From positions 1 through 64,000 of the IMG/VR virus record IMGVR_UViG_3300047160_004777: a stretch of DNA of 64,000 bases, one strand, 5' to 3'. The notes beneath the pieces were generated by a model. The model was not told the DNA's origin, searched no databases, and saw only the letters and a list, made by a program, of their open reading frames with translations. The translations under genes were made by a program, and so were the position numbers. Origin of the DNA: a virus (taxonomy: Duplodnaviria > Caudoviricetes). Within the stretch, counting starts at the first letter, position 1. Every line of letters starts with the position of its first letter. Below are positions 36,213 through 45,600 of the stretch, piece by piece.

Positions 36213-36658
36213 TGCCTCGCGGGACTCGCAACCGTCCTGTCGCGGTGGGCAATCGGCCGTTGCGGTCGGTTGGGCCAACCTCGATCAACATTTCGGGGAC
36301 AGGTACGACGTACCAGTGGCGCGGTCAGCGCGTGATCGAAGCCTTCAACGAAACGCTGACGCGCGGGTTTCAGAACCTGGCGGCGTTCGCTGAATCGTAC
36401 TGGCGCAACGAAGAATGGACTCGGGATCGCCACCCGTACATGACGGGCAACGAGCGCGATCAGGGCTTCTTCAGTGTTTCCATCGAGAACGGCAGGGTGT
36501 TGCTCGAAGTTGGCGCCGAGACGTACTACGCCACCTACGAAGAGTTCGGCACGATCCATCGGCCTGGGCACTACCCGATCCGCAATACTCTCGACCGCGT
36601 GGCCTACCGTTTCGGCGACGTGATTCGTGACGCGGCTCGACAAGACGGGTTGGTCTGA
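36212..36658 (+). CDS. HK97 gp10-like neck/tail completion protein
   Basis: P..TGN.R, VGAETYYA.YEEFGT...P..P. Confidence 0.8.
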   Translation: MPRGTRNRPVAVGNRPLRSVGPTSINISGTGTTYQWRGQRVIEAFNETLTRGFQNLAAFAESYWRNEEWTRDRHPYMTGNERDQGFFSVSIENGRVLLEVGAETYYATYEEFGTIHRPGHYPIRNTLDRVAYRFGDVIRDAARQDGLV

Positions 36659-37170
36659 TGGTTGCGGGGCTGATGCTTCCGGACGTAGTGGGAGCCATCA
36701 TTTCGATCCTGAACAGCGATCCGGACGTGTCGGGCTACTGTCGGCGCAACCTGAAGGACCCGACCGCTCCCGCGCGCATCGCGAGCGCGTTTCCTGAAGC
36801 GCCGGCCACGGACCTGCGACGGCATTGGTTCATGCCCGACTATGCCGTCCTGATCCGTCGCGCCGGCGGCGCCGCGACAAACCTCGACATGGACCTCCAT
36901 TACGCTCGGCTCGACATTCGCTGTTACGGTCCCGGACCCACGGTCAACGTGCGTCGGCGTACCGCCGAAGAGTTGTGGCGCGTGCTTCATCCCGCCTTGA
37001 TCCCACCGCTGTATACCGGGCTCCCCTCATCGTTCCGGGTCTCGCGTGCGATCATTCAGCGCATCCAACAGGAAGCTGAGCCCATCCCGCAAGACGAGCC
37101 CGGAACCGACTGGCCGCTCGTCCTCACTCCCTACATCGTGTGGTACATGGGACAGAGGATCGCCGCGTGA
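36658..37170 (+). CDS. tail terminator-like protein
   Basis: Position after gp10-like; VLIRRAGG...ARLDIRCYG. Confidence 0.65.
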   Translation: MVAGLMLPDVVGAIISILNSDPDVSGYCRRNLKDPTAPARIASAFPEAPATDLRRHWFMPDYAVLIRRAGGAATNLDMDLHYARLDIRCYGPGPTVNVRRRTAEELWRVLHPALIPPLYTGLPSSFRVSRAIIQRIQQEAEPIPQDEPGTDWPLVLTPYIVWYMGQRIAA

Positions 37171-37706
37171 GCGAGCTGCTCGTTCCACACGGTCCTGGTT
37201 GGGAACGGGTTGGTGACTGGGTTGAGCCGTACCGCCGCGAAGGAGCGGCCGGGCTCAAGCTCGGTAACTGGATGACGCGCGACGAGTGGAATCGTTGGCA
37301 GCGATATCAAGACAGTCGGTTCTTCTTAGTTCGCAATCGGGGTGGGGACACGGGCGAGCGGTTCCGTTGTAGTCGGCACGCGTACGAGCCCGGTATCTCC
37401 GAGCCGGTCTACCACGAATTTATGACGCTGATGTGCGTAGATCGGCCGTGGCGCGGACTCGACGGAGCCTTGTACGCCTACGCGACGATCACGAGCGACG
37501 AACGGCTGAAGTCGATGATTCTGCGCGATTTACCGGCAGCCAATAACGCTCATCCCGCGACGTTCGGTAATCTGACACCCAACTTCGATGGTGAGGAACT
37601 GATCGCCGTGTCCTTGGGCATCGCGGAACCGATCACTCAGGCTCACGCCAAACGGCTCGCGGATGAGATCAACTCGCGACGCCCACCGAAGCCTTTCGAG
37701 CTATAA
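37167..37706 (+). CDS. hypothetical protein
   Basis: GTGA overlap; packed ORF. Confidence 0.6.
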   Translation: MSELLVPHGPGWERVGDWVEPYRREGAAGLKLGNWMTRDEWNRWQRYQDSRFFLVRNRGGDTGERFRCSRHAYEPGISEPVYHEFMTLMCVDRPWRGLDGALYAYATITSDERLKSMILRDLPAANNAHPATFGNLTPNFDGEELIAVSLGIAEPITQAHAKRLADEINSRRPPKPFEL

Positions 37707-37717
37707 GGAGGTTCACC

Positions 37718-37927
37718 GTGCCGAAGTTTTTGGGACCCGGCGAGCTGGCTTTAGGTCAGGACGCAGATGGCAATGTTCAACAGTGGTATCACCCCGGCGA
37801 CGACGTACCGGCCGACGACGCGACCTTGAAATGGCTCGTCTCGTGGGGACTGACGTTCGATCCGATGCCAGGTACGCAGCCCGCCCCGGCGCCAGCACCC
37901 GCTCCGGCCCCGGCGCCCCCGGCTTAG
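37718..37927 (+). CDS. small hypothetical protein with Pro-Ala tail
   Basis: AAGGAGG RBS. Confidence 0.65.
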   Translation: MPKFLGPGELALGQDADGNVQQWYHPGDDVPADDATLKWLVSWGLTFDPMPGTQPAPAPAPAPAPAPPA

Positions 37928-37990
37928 CCTACGCATCGCATCCAGCGGTACGTAGAGACCACGCGCTATCCAGGCGCAAAGGACTAACCA

Positions 37991-38617
37991 ATGGCAGGAC
38001 TCGATCAAACACAGGTCATCGCCGGCCGTAACTTGCTGCTTTACACGGAGCCGTGGATATACAGCAATACCTACGTTGCCGATAGCGTTGTATGGGGCGA
38101 CCCTCCAGGGTGGGGTGGTTCGTGGATAGACCTCGGGTTCACCCGCGACGGTCTGCGGTTCCGCTTGCAGGTCGAACGTCAGGACGTGCTGGTCGATCAG
38201 GTTGTTGACCCGGTTCTGCGTATTCCGACTCGCCGTAACTTGAACCTGGAAACGGCGCTCGCCCAGATCAACTCGCAGAACCTGTCGTACTCAACTGGTC
38301 AGGGCACCATTTCTACGATTGCTCCCGGTGCTCCGGGCACGAACACCTTCGGCCATCAGGACTACGTGGTGTCGGGCACCATTGTTGACCTGTACTACAC
38401 CGTGGGCTACGACATTTTGTCGCCGGGCACGAACCAGCCGGTTCGCGTGTTCGGATGGAAGTCGCTGTGTATGGCCGACGTGGAGATGCAGTTCAACGTC
38501 ACGGACGCCGCGCGCATCGCCTACAACATGGCGGTCCTGCCGGACACGGGGACAGTGGCTAACCCGATTAGCCCGCCTCGCGTCGCGACCTTCCGCGTGG
38601 TGACTTGGTCGGGTTAG
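37991..38617 (+). CDS. major tail (tube) protein
   Basis: W.DLGFTRDG..F......D..VDQ..DPV pattern typical of siphophage tube proteins. Confidence 0.8.
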   Translation: MAGLDQTQVIAGRNLLLYTEPWIYSNTYVADSVVWGDPPGWGGSWIDLGFTRDGLRFRLQVERQDVLVDQVVDPVLRIPTRRNLNLETALAQINSQNLSYSTGQGTISTIAPGAPGTNTFGHQDYVVSGTIVDLYYTVGYDILSPGTNQPVRVFGWKSLCMADVEMQFNVTDAARIAYNMAVLPDTGTVANPISPPRVATFRVVTWSG

Positions 38618-38625
38618 GATTGAGC

Positions 38626-38648
38626 GGGGCTGGCTACTAACCAGCCCC
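38626..38648 (+). terminator. GC-rich hairpin after the major tail gene (weak terminator or processing candidate)
   Basis: GGGGCTGG-CTACTAA-CCAGCCCC; no U-tract. Confidence 0.35.
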
Positions 38649-38719
38649 AGCCCGGCGAGGCGGCATCCAGCGGCTGAGTCGGAGACAAGGCGTCATCCAG
38701 GCGCTAAAGGAGCACGGAC

Positions 38720-39364
38720 GTGCCCACAGACGCGAGTCGCTCGAATGGACGAGCTTCGCCGCCGCGTGTTTTGCGGATCGGCGATCTGTCGCCAGAACGT
38801 GTACCCGTCGAGTTCTCGAACGGGCGAATGCTTCAGGCGTGGGTCTGTACGAATCGTCGCTATCCGGCATCGGTGGCCGCCGACCTTGAAGATGCCCGCA
38901 ACACCTACCTCGCCACGCGCGAACGCGTCTATGAGGGACCGCCGCCGCCAGCCCTGGTAGCGGCCGCCCGAGCGTTGCTCGACGTGTTGCCGCCGCAGGA
39001 TGACCTGTACAACCCGATCAGCGCCGCTATTGAGCAGCAGCGGATCGAGTTAGCCGCCGCGATCAAAGCCTACGACGACACGCCGCAGTTCCGGCCCAAG
39101 GCGTCCGAGTGGGAAACGTATCTCACACGCTGCTTGCTGCTGCTGATCCCCGGTTTGGAATACAGCGAGGCCGACATGATGTCGCAGGAGCAGCGTCTCG
39201 GCTGGCTGTTTGACCTCGGGTACTTCCAGCGTAATGAGGCGACAGATATGGAGGGAAACGAGCCCAGCTCTCCGGAACCGGCGGTGACGGAGCAGGCTCA
39301 GGAGACGCCGGAGACTTCGATTGGGGACAAGCCCGCGCAAAATTTGGCCGGTTCTACAACGTAG
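38720..39364 (+). CDS. tail assembly chaperone (G)
   Basis: Between the tail tube and tape measure genes; AAAGGAG RBS. Confidence 0.75.
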   Translation: MPTDASRSNGRASPPRVLRIGDLSPERVPVEFSNGRMLQAWVCTNRRYPASVAADLEDARNTYLATRERVYEGPPPPALVAAARALLDVLPPQDDLYNPISAAIEQQRIELAAAIKAYDDTPQFRPKASEWETYLTRCLLLLIPGLEYSEADMMSQEQRLGWLFDLGYFQRNEATDMEGNEPSSPEPAVTEQAQETPETSIGDKPAQNLAGSTT

Positions 39365-39669
39365 GTCCCGACGAACAGGGGCGAATGCTACTGCTGGAAT
39401 GGTTCGCGTGGTGGAACGAGATTATTCCTCTACAAGCGGATGAGCAGTTGACCGCATATCAGGTGAACTTGTTGAGCGACTCGGGGTGGAAAACTGATCG
39501 CGAGAGCATCATTCAGGTTTGGAATCAACTTGCTCGTCGCGACAAGGCTGCCGGGCGGTTCGTGGCGGAAGGGACCGGCGACGGGGAAGTGGATGCGGTA
39601 GAAGCGTTGCGTCGTGATGCTCTGCGCGTCCGCGACTGGCTGAAGATCAATATGTCGGGGATTGACTAA
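39340..39669 (+). CDS. tail assembly chaperone GT extension via -1 frameshift at A-AAT-TTG (39340-39346)
   Basis: X-XXY-YYZ heptamer in phase with G; the -1 frame reads KFGRFYNVGPDEQGRMLLLEWFAWW... to 39669. Confidence 0.7.
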   Translation, partial: KFGRFYNVGPDEQGRMLLLEWFAWWNEIIPLQADEQLTAYQVNLLSDSGWKTDRESIIQVWNQLARRDKAAGRFVAEGTGDGEVDAVEALRRDALRVRDWLKINMSGID

Positions 39670-42600
39670 TGCCGCCACGCGGCGGCACGCCTACCCCAGC
39701 AGGCGGCGGCGGAGGCGAGGGCGGCGCAGGTGCCGGCGGAGCCGGAGCCGGGGCTGAGATTGCGAGGCTGTACGCCTCAGTTGGTTTAGACGCCAGCGAG
39801 TTTCTCGCCGAGATCGCCAATATCGAGAGCGCGACTGCCGAGGTAGCGAGTCGGCAGACGCAATACGTCCGAGCCATTCAGCAGCAATGGCAGCGGATGG
39901 GCCAAGGCGGGGCGGCGAGCGGATACCTCCGTTCCATCGAGCAGGCGGTTCAAGGTGGGCAATCGCTCGCGCAAGCGTTCGCCGGCGCCAACACGTCGAT
40001 GCAACGCACGCAGCAAACTCTCGCCAATATCGGCGAGGCGCTGCGAGCGACAGGCGGCAACACGCAAGCGTCGGGGTTGCTGCGTACAAGCCAGGCGCTC
40101 ATGCGAGCGGGCGCGAGTGTCGAGGATACGTTCTCGGCGCTCAAGCAGATGCGCTACTCGACTCAGGACATTCAGAACGTCCTGGGACCGCTCACGCAGG
40201 GCATTGGACAAGCGACCGCAGCCCAAAAGGGATTGAACGCGGCGGTAGCCGAAGGCAACGACCTCCAGCGCGAGCAGCAGCGAATTGCCCGCGCCGAAGC
40301 GCAGCTCGCTTCGCAAGCTCGTTCAATTCAGAGACGGTCGGCGGCTCCTGAGGTTGAAGCCCGTGTTCGGGCGCTGCGCCGGTTCCAAGACCCGAATCTC
40401 GATTGGGCCGAGCGCACCCGAGCCTTCAGCGGACGCGCTGGTGGCGAGTTCATGGCGGCGGCGCAAAAGGCCGCGCTCACCGATACCGTCTCGATCCTTG
40501 GCTCGCGATACCGCGTTACGCGCCAGAACGAAACACAAGTTCGGGCTCTGGCAGCGGCCGAAGCCGAGCTAATCGCCCGCGAGCGGCAGCTTCAGCAGGA
40601 AATTACCGGGACTGCCCGCGCCTACGCTGAGTCCGCAGCGCAATACGAGCGGTTCATGGGCCAGGCGGCTCAGCGAACCGGGGTCGGGACGTTCCGCGCC
40701 GAGGAACGCCAGGCTCAGCAGCAGATTGCCCGGTTTGCCCAAGGCGCGTACTACCGGCCCGAAGCGCCGACACCACCCGAGGCCGGCGGGTATCTTCCGA
40801 TTGTCGGGGTAGGCGCCCCGCCGCCCGTCGCGTCCCGTACGGGCGTCCGGACGAGCCGTAGAGGGGCTCCGGCCGGGGCGGCGGCGGGAGTCGGCGCCCC
40901 GGTTCCGGCTCCTGCTGCTGCGCCTCCTCAGACCGCCGCGCCGACTCCCGCACCAACTCCCGCTCCGACCCGTCAGGAGGCGTACAGCCAGCTTCTCCGG
41001 CAGCAGCAACAGCTCGAACGCGAGACAGGACTTCCCGTCTTTCGTGGTGGGCAAACGGCGCGGCCGAGAGGTGTTTCGGCCGAGGAATGGCAGAGTTATT
41101 TCCAGATTGGCGGCGGGGGCGGCGCTCCAAGCGAATCAACGCTCACTGAAGTCGCGGCCGACATCAAGAGCGAAATCGACGCGCTTGATGTTCAAATCAA
41201 GAGTGGCTCATCTGCGCTTCGAGTTGGTCGCGAGTCGGGCGGCATGTCTCGGCCGGAGCGCCAGGCCGCCGCTGCGTCGCTCACTCGCGACAAGTTCCGT
41301 CTTGAACAACTGCGTGCTCGACTGAGCGCAGAGCAGCGGCAAGGTCCCACCAACCCGCCAATCCAGCGTTACGGCGATGAGCCAGAAGAAGCCGAGTACC
41401 GCGCCATTGGCGGCGTCGTCGGTGGTGGCGGCCGCTACATCGTTGGCGAGCAAGGCCCAGAACTATTCGTCCCCGGACGCGCCACTGGTGGTCCCGTTAC
41501 CAGTCCAGAAGGTCGGGTTCTCCAGAACGTTTTCGCGGGTGATCCGCTTCGCGGCGGGCGACGAGCCCTCGGGTTCCAGGGCCGACGGTCGCGCTCGCTC
41601 ATGGCGCAGCTTCCGGGTTGGAAGAGTCCGAGCTACTTCGAGATTACGCCGCAGACCAAGACGGTTCCTGAGCAGTTCCGTGGGATGCAGCGAATCCGCG
41701 ACAACCCGAATTACCAGCTAGAAGTCAATCCTCGAAGTGGTCTCGGCTACGTCCAGTGGATCAGTGTCCCCGAAGCGCAGCGCGGTACCGGAGCCGGCGG
41801 CGGTCTGTATCGCGACATTGCCGAGCAAGCGGCTCAGCGCGGCTGGCGTATCTTCAGCGGCCTCGACCGACAGCGGGGCGCACGTCTTTCGCTCGAACGA
41901 GCAGCTAGTCAGGGCCTTGTCCATGTAACGCGTCGGCCAGTGGGCTTTGATACGTCGCTGCTAGGCGGCGAAGGGCATCGGTTCCTTGATGAGATCATGC
42001 TCCCGCGTGCGACTGGCGGTCGGGTGTATCCGCTCGGTCCCCGTCAGCTTGCTCGGCAGCTTACGGAACGTGCCGGAACACTCGCGCCGAGTATGGCGCT
42101 TCGCGAGCTGTACACGTACTTCCCGCGTGGTGCGCTTCACCTCGTCCAGCCGGCGGCACTCGGCTTCCAGCCTGGTCAGGAACTACCCAACTTCGCGAAG
42201 CCACTCGCGGGTTTCCTTGAGCGACAAGGTCACGTTCTTCGCTCCGGCGGGCTAACGCCGCATCAGGTAGCGGCGGGCTATCTCACCACGCTCGCGTCCA
42301 TTCGTGGTCGCGAGGCGCCGGCGGGCAACGTTTTCCAGCGGCTCGGCGGACGGATACCGGGCATTCTGTCGCGAGGGCGCGGACGCGGCGTAGTCCGACC
42401 CGAAGATTTGATGGCGCACTTCCTGGGTCAGGAAGAAAACCGCCATCTCTACGACAAGCTCTTCGCCGGAAATGCCGGCCCGATGCAAGCCGCTATCGAG
42501 GACCTGGGTAATCGCAGCGGCTTCACGTTCCTTCGCACGCCGCAGGCGTTTCAGCCGGCTGCGCCGGGCTCGTACTCGCTTCACAACATCGGCGCAGCGA

Positions 42601-45600
42601 CCGCAGCACTCAACACGGCGGGTCGGCAGGGAGCCTCGCCCGACGAGATGTCCGCGATCCTGGGCTCGTTCCAGGGTGTTGGTTACGGCAAGGCCGGTTT
42701 TCTCGGCCAGTGGCTCGGATACGGGCGAATCCCGACAGTCGATACCAACGTTCTTCAGCGCTGGCTTGGCTCGGAGCGCTATGGGCAAGTCGCACAACGA
42801 GCCGCATCCGCGACCGCGACCGGGCTCGGGATGCGAATGCGCTCGCTCATCAGTGGGCGCTACGACGAGATGCGGCGGATGGGCGTATTCCCCGGATTGT
42901 CCGAGGACATCTACAACGCTATCGCCCATCACGTCACGTTCTCGACGGGTGTTCAGGCCGAAACGACGCATCAGCCGGTCATCTCCACGATGGAGAGCCT
43001 GGGTCGCGCTCGGGCGCGCGGCGGCGAGGCCGGAAGCGGCGCGTACCTCGTTGGCGAACAGGGGCCGGAACTCTTTGTTCCTGAACGAGCTGGCTATGTC
43101 CTCAACCGCAAGGACACTCTCCGCGCTCTAGGTGCCGAAGCTCGACAAACTGGCGGCCCGGTGTATGTGCCGACAGCGCCCTACGGCGTGGTGGGTGGTC
43201 GTCCGCCGATTGGTACGTTCCGGACTCCGACTGGTGTTACCGCCGGTCAGGTCCAGTATGGCGCGGCGAACGTCGCAACTCCGGTGCAAGCAGCAGCGGC
43301 CGAATCCGCCGCGCGAGCCTGGGGTGAATTAGCCGCCGTTCAGCTCACGGTTATCAATCATTACGAGCAGATCGCGCGAGCGTCGCAACGTTCCGCCGAA
43401 CAACAGATTGCTGCGGCCCGCGAAGTTCAGGACCGCGCACTTCGGTCCCAGCCGACTCAGTTAGCCCGGTTTATCGCGCAGACGCAGGCGCGGGCGCTTC
43501 AGGGGCCGACCGCGCAGTACGGCGGCGCGATGTTCGACGTTACGGCAGCGAACCGCGCTCAGCTTGTTCAAGCACGCGCCTTAGAACAAACGAAAGCTGA
43601 ACAACAGCGACAGGCGCAGGAGCAATTTGACGAGGATGCGCGTCGCGAGCAGATTCGACTGCGGTCGAGCCCTGCTGCGCTACAGGCTCAGCGTCAGATA
43701 GCGGCAGCACAGCCTCGACGCGCACCGCTGGTCGAAGGCGCTCGTGCGGGCGAATACGTCGAAGTCACGCCTCAGAACGTGCAGGACGTGCGTAGGCTTC
43801 GACAGGAACGCTTCAGCCGCGAGCAGCAAGCGCAGCAGGAGCAGGAACGAGCCGAACGCGCCACGGCTCCCCGCACGAACATCTTTCGCCGCATCCAAGG
43901 CACCATCGAAGGCGGCATCGACCCGGCGCAGGCGCTTACCGGGCGTCAGGCAAACATCGTTCGTATCGGCGCCGGTCTGCTCGGTGTCCCGCTCGGTATC
44001 AACGTTGCGGCCGGCTTAGCGCGACTGCTCCACACGGCGCTCGCGCAGGTCGCTGACGACGCCGAACACATCAACCGCTCGTTCGCGCAACTGGCCGCGA
44101 GCATGGGTGGTCTTACTGCCCAAACGCGCGACTTCGTTTCGAGCCTGTCTACCGCTTCGGGGTATCTCCAGACCAACGTAGCGTCGTCGCTCGCCCTCGC
44201 GAACAACATGACCACGACGGTCGGGGCGACAACGCAGCAGAACCAAGAACTGACGCAGATCGCGACGCAATTTGCGCAGCTCAACAACATCCCGCAGGAA
44301 CAGCTACCCCAGGTAACTCAGCAGATCACGCAGCTCGCGATGCGCGGCGGTGCTGCGCCGGCGTTGGGCATTAGCGACATTGATCGGTACCTCCAGCAGC
44401 AAGGGATCAACGTTGCCGGTCTGACTCCGCAGCAAGCGACGCAGCAGCGCATTCAAGCACTCCAAGCGATGGGCGGTCGCGGTATGGGGGCGGCGCTCGG
44501 TACGCCGGAAGGCACCGCCGCTCTTCAAGCCGAACAAGCTGCCAGGAACCGCGAGGAGGTGCAGAACGTTCTCGGCCGGGGCGCCGGCCAGGCCCTCCAA
44601 AACATCGGGACGGCAGCCAACTCCGCGATCAGCGGGTTGGGTCATTTGGTTCCCGGAATCCAGAGTCAGATTGACGCGAATAACCAGTTAGCTCAATCGA
44701 CCCAAGCTGCGGCGACCAGCGCGAGCCAAGCCGCCGATAACTTCACGGCGCTTGGTGGAGCGGTAGCCGCCGCTCGACTCGATCCGGTAACAGGTGTTCT
44801 CGCGCGGCTCCAGGCAATTCAGGGGAACATCGCGACTGCCGGACCAATCGCGGAAGCCTATCGCGCCGCTCCGCAACTCCTGACTCCAGCGCAGATTCGC
44901 GGTCAAGCCGAAATTGAAACGGAGCAGGCTGTTGCCGCGCAGCAGGCGGTACAGGTTGCTCAAGCGCGACCCGGCGGTGAGGGCGCTGCGGAGCGAGCCG
45001 AGTTAGAGAAGCGGTACCAGGACGCACTCGTTTCGGGCGATCAGCAGCGGATCACGGACGCGAGGGAGTTACTCAATCTCCACGACCGGCTGACCGCTTC
45101 GATGCAGGCGCAAGTCGCCGCGACACAAGCAGTCCAGGTCGCCCAGATAGCGCAGGGTCGCGCTCAGTACCAGATCGACCAGATCACTTTTGCGGATCGG
45201 CGGCGACAACTCGACGTAGCTAATCAGCAGGCCGCGATTCAGATAGGCGTCTTGCAGCTCGATAGTCAGATCGCTCAGGTCGGCGAGCGCCAACAATTGG
45301 TCCAGAATCGGCTGACCGTTGCGTCGCGCGACAACCTGGCGATTCGGCGGAATGTTCTCCAGACGCAACTCGACGGATTAGCTGCCGAACAACGACTTCA
45401 GGACATTCAATTCCAAGGTCAGGCGGCTCAAGCCCAACTCGGGGCTATCGGCGCGCGCATGGTGCGAGGCACGGCGACCGCTGGCGACATTGGCAGTATC
45501 GGCGACCTCGCCCAGCAGTCCATCAATGCCACGCTGGATGCGGCGGAAGCCCAACCAGAGGCTCTGGCCGCCGCACATAAGAATGTCGTAGCGCAGCGGG

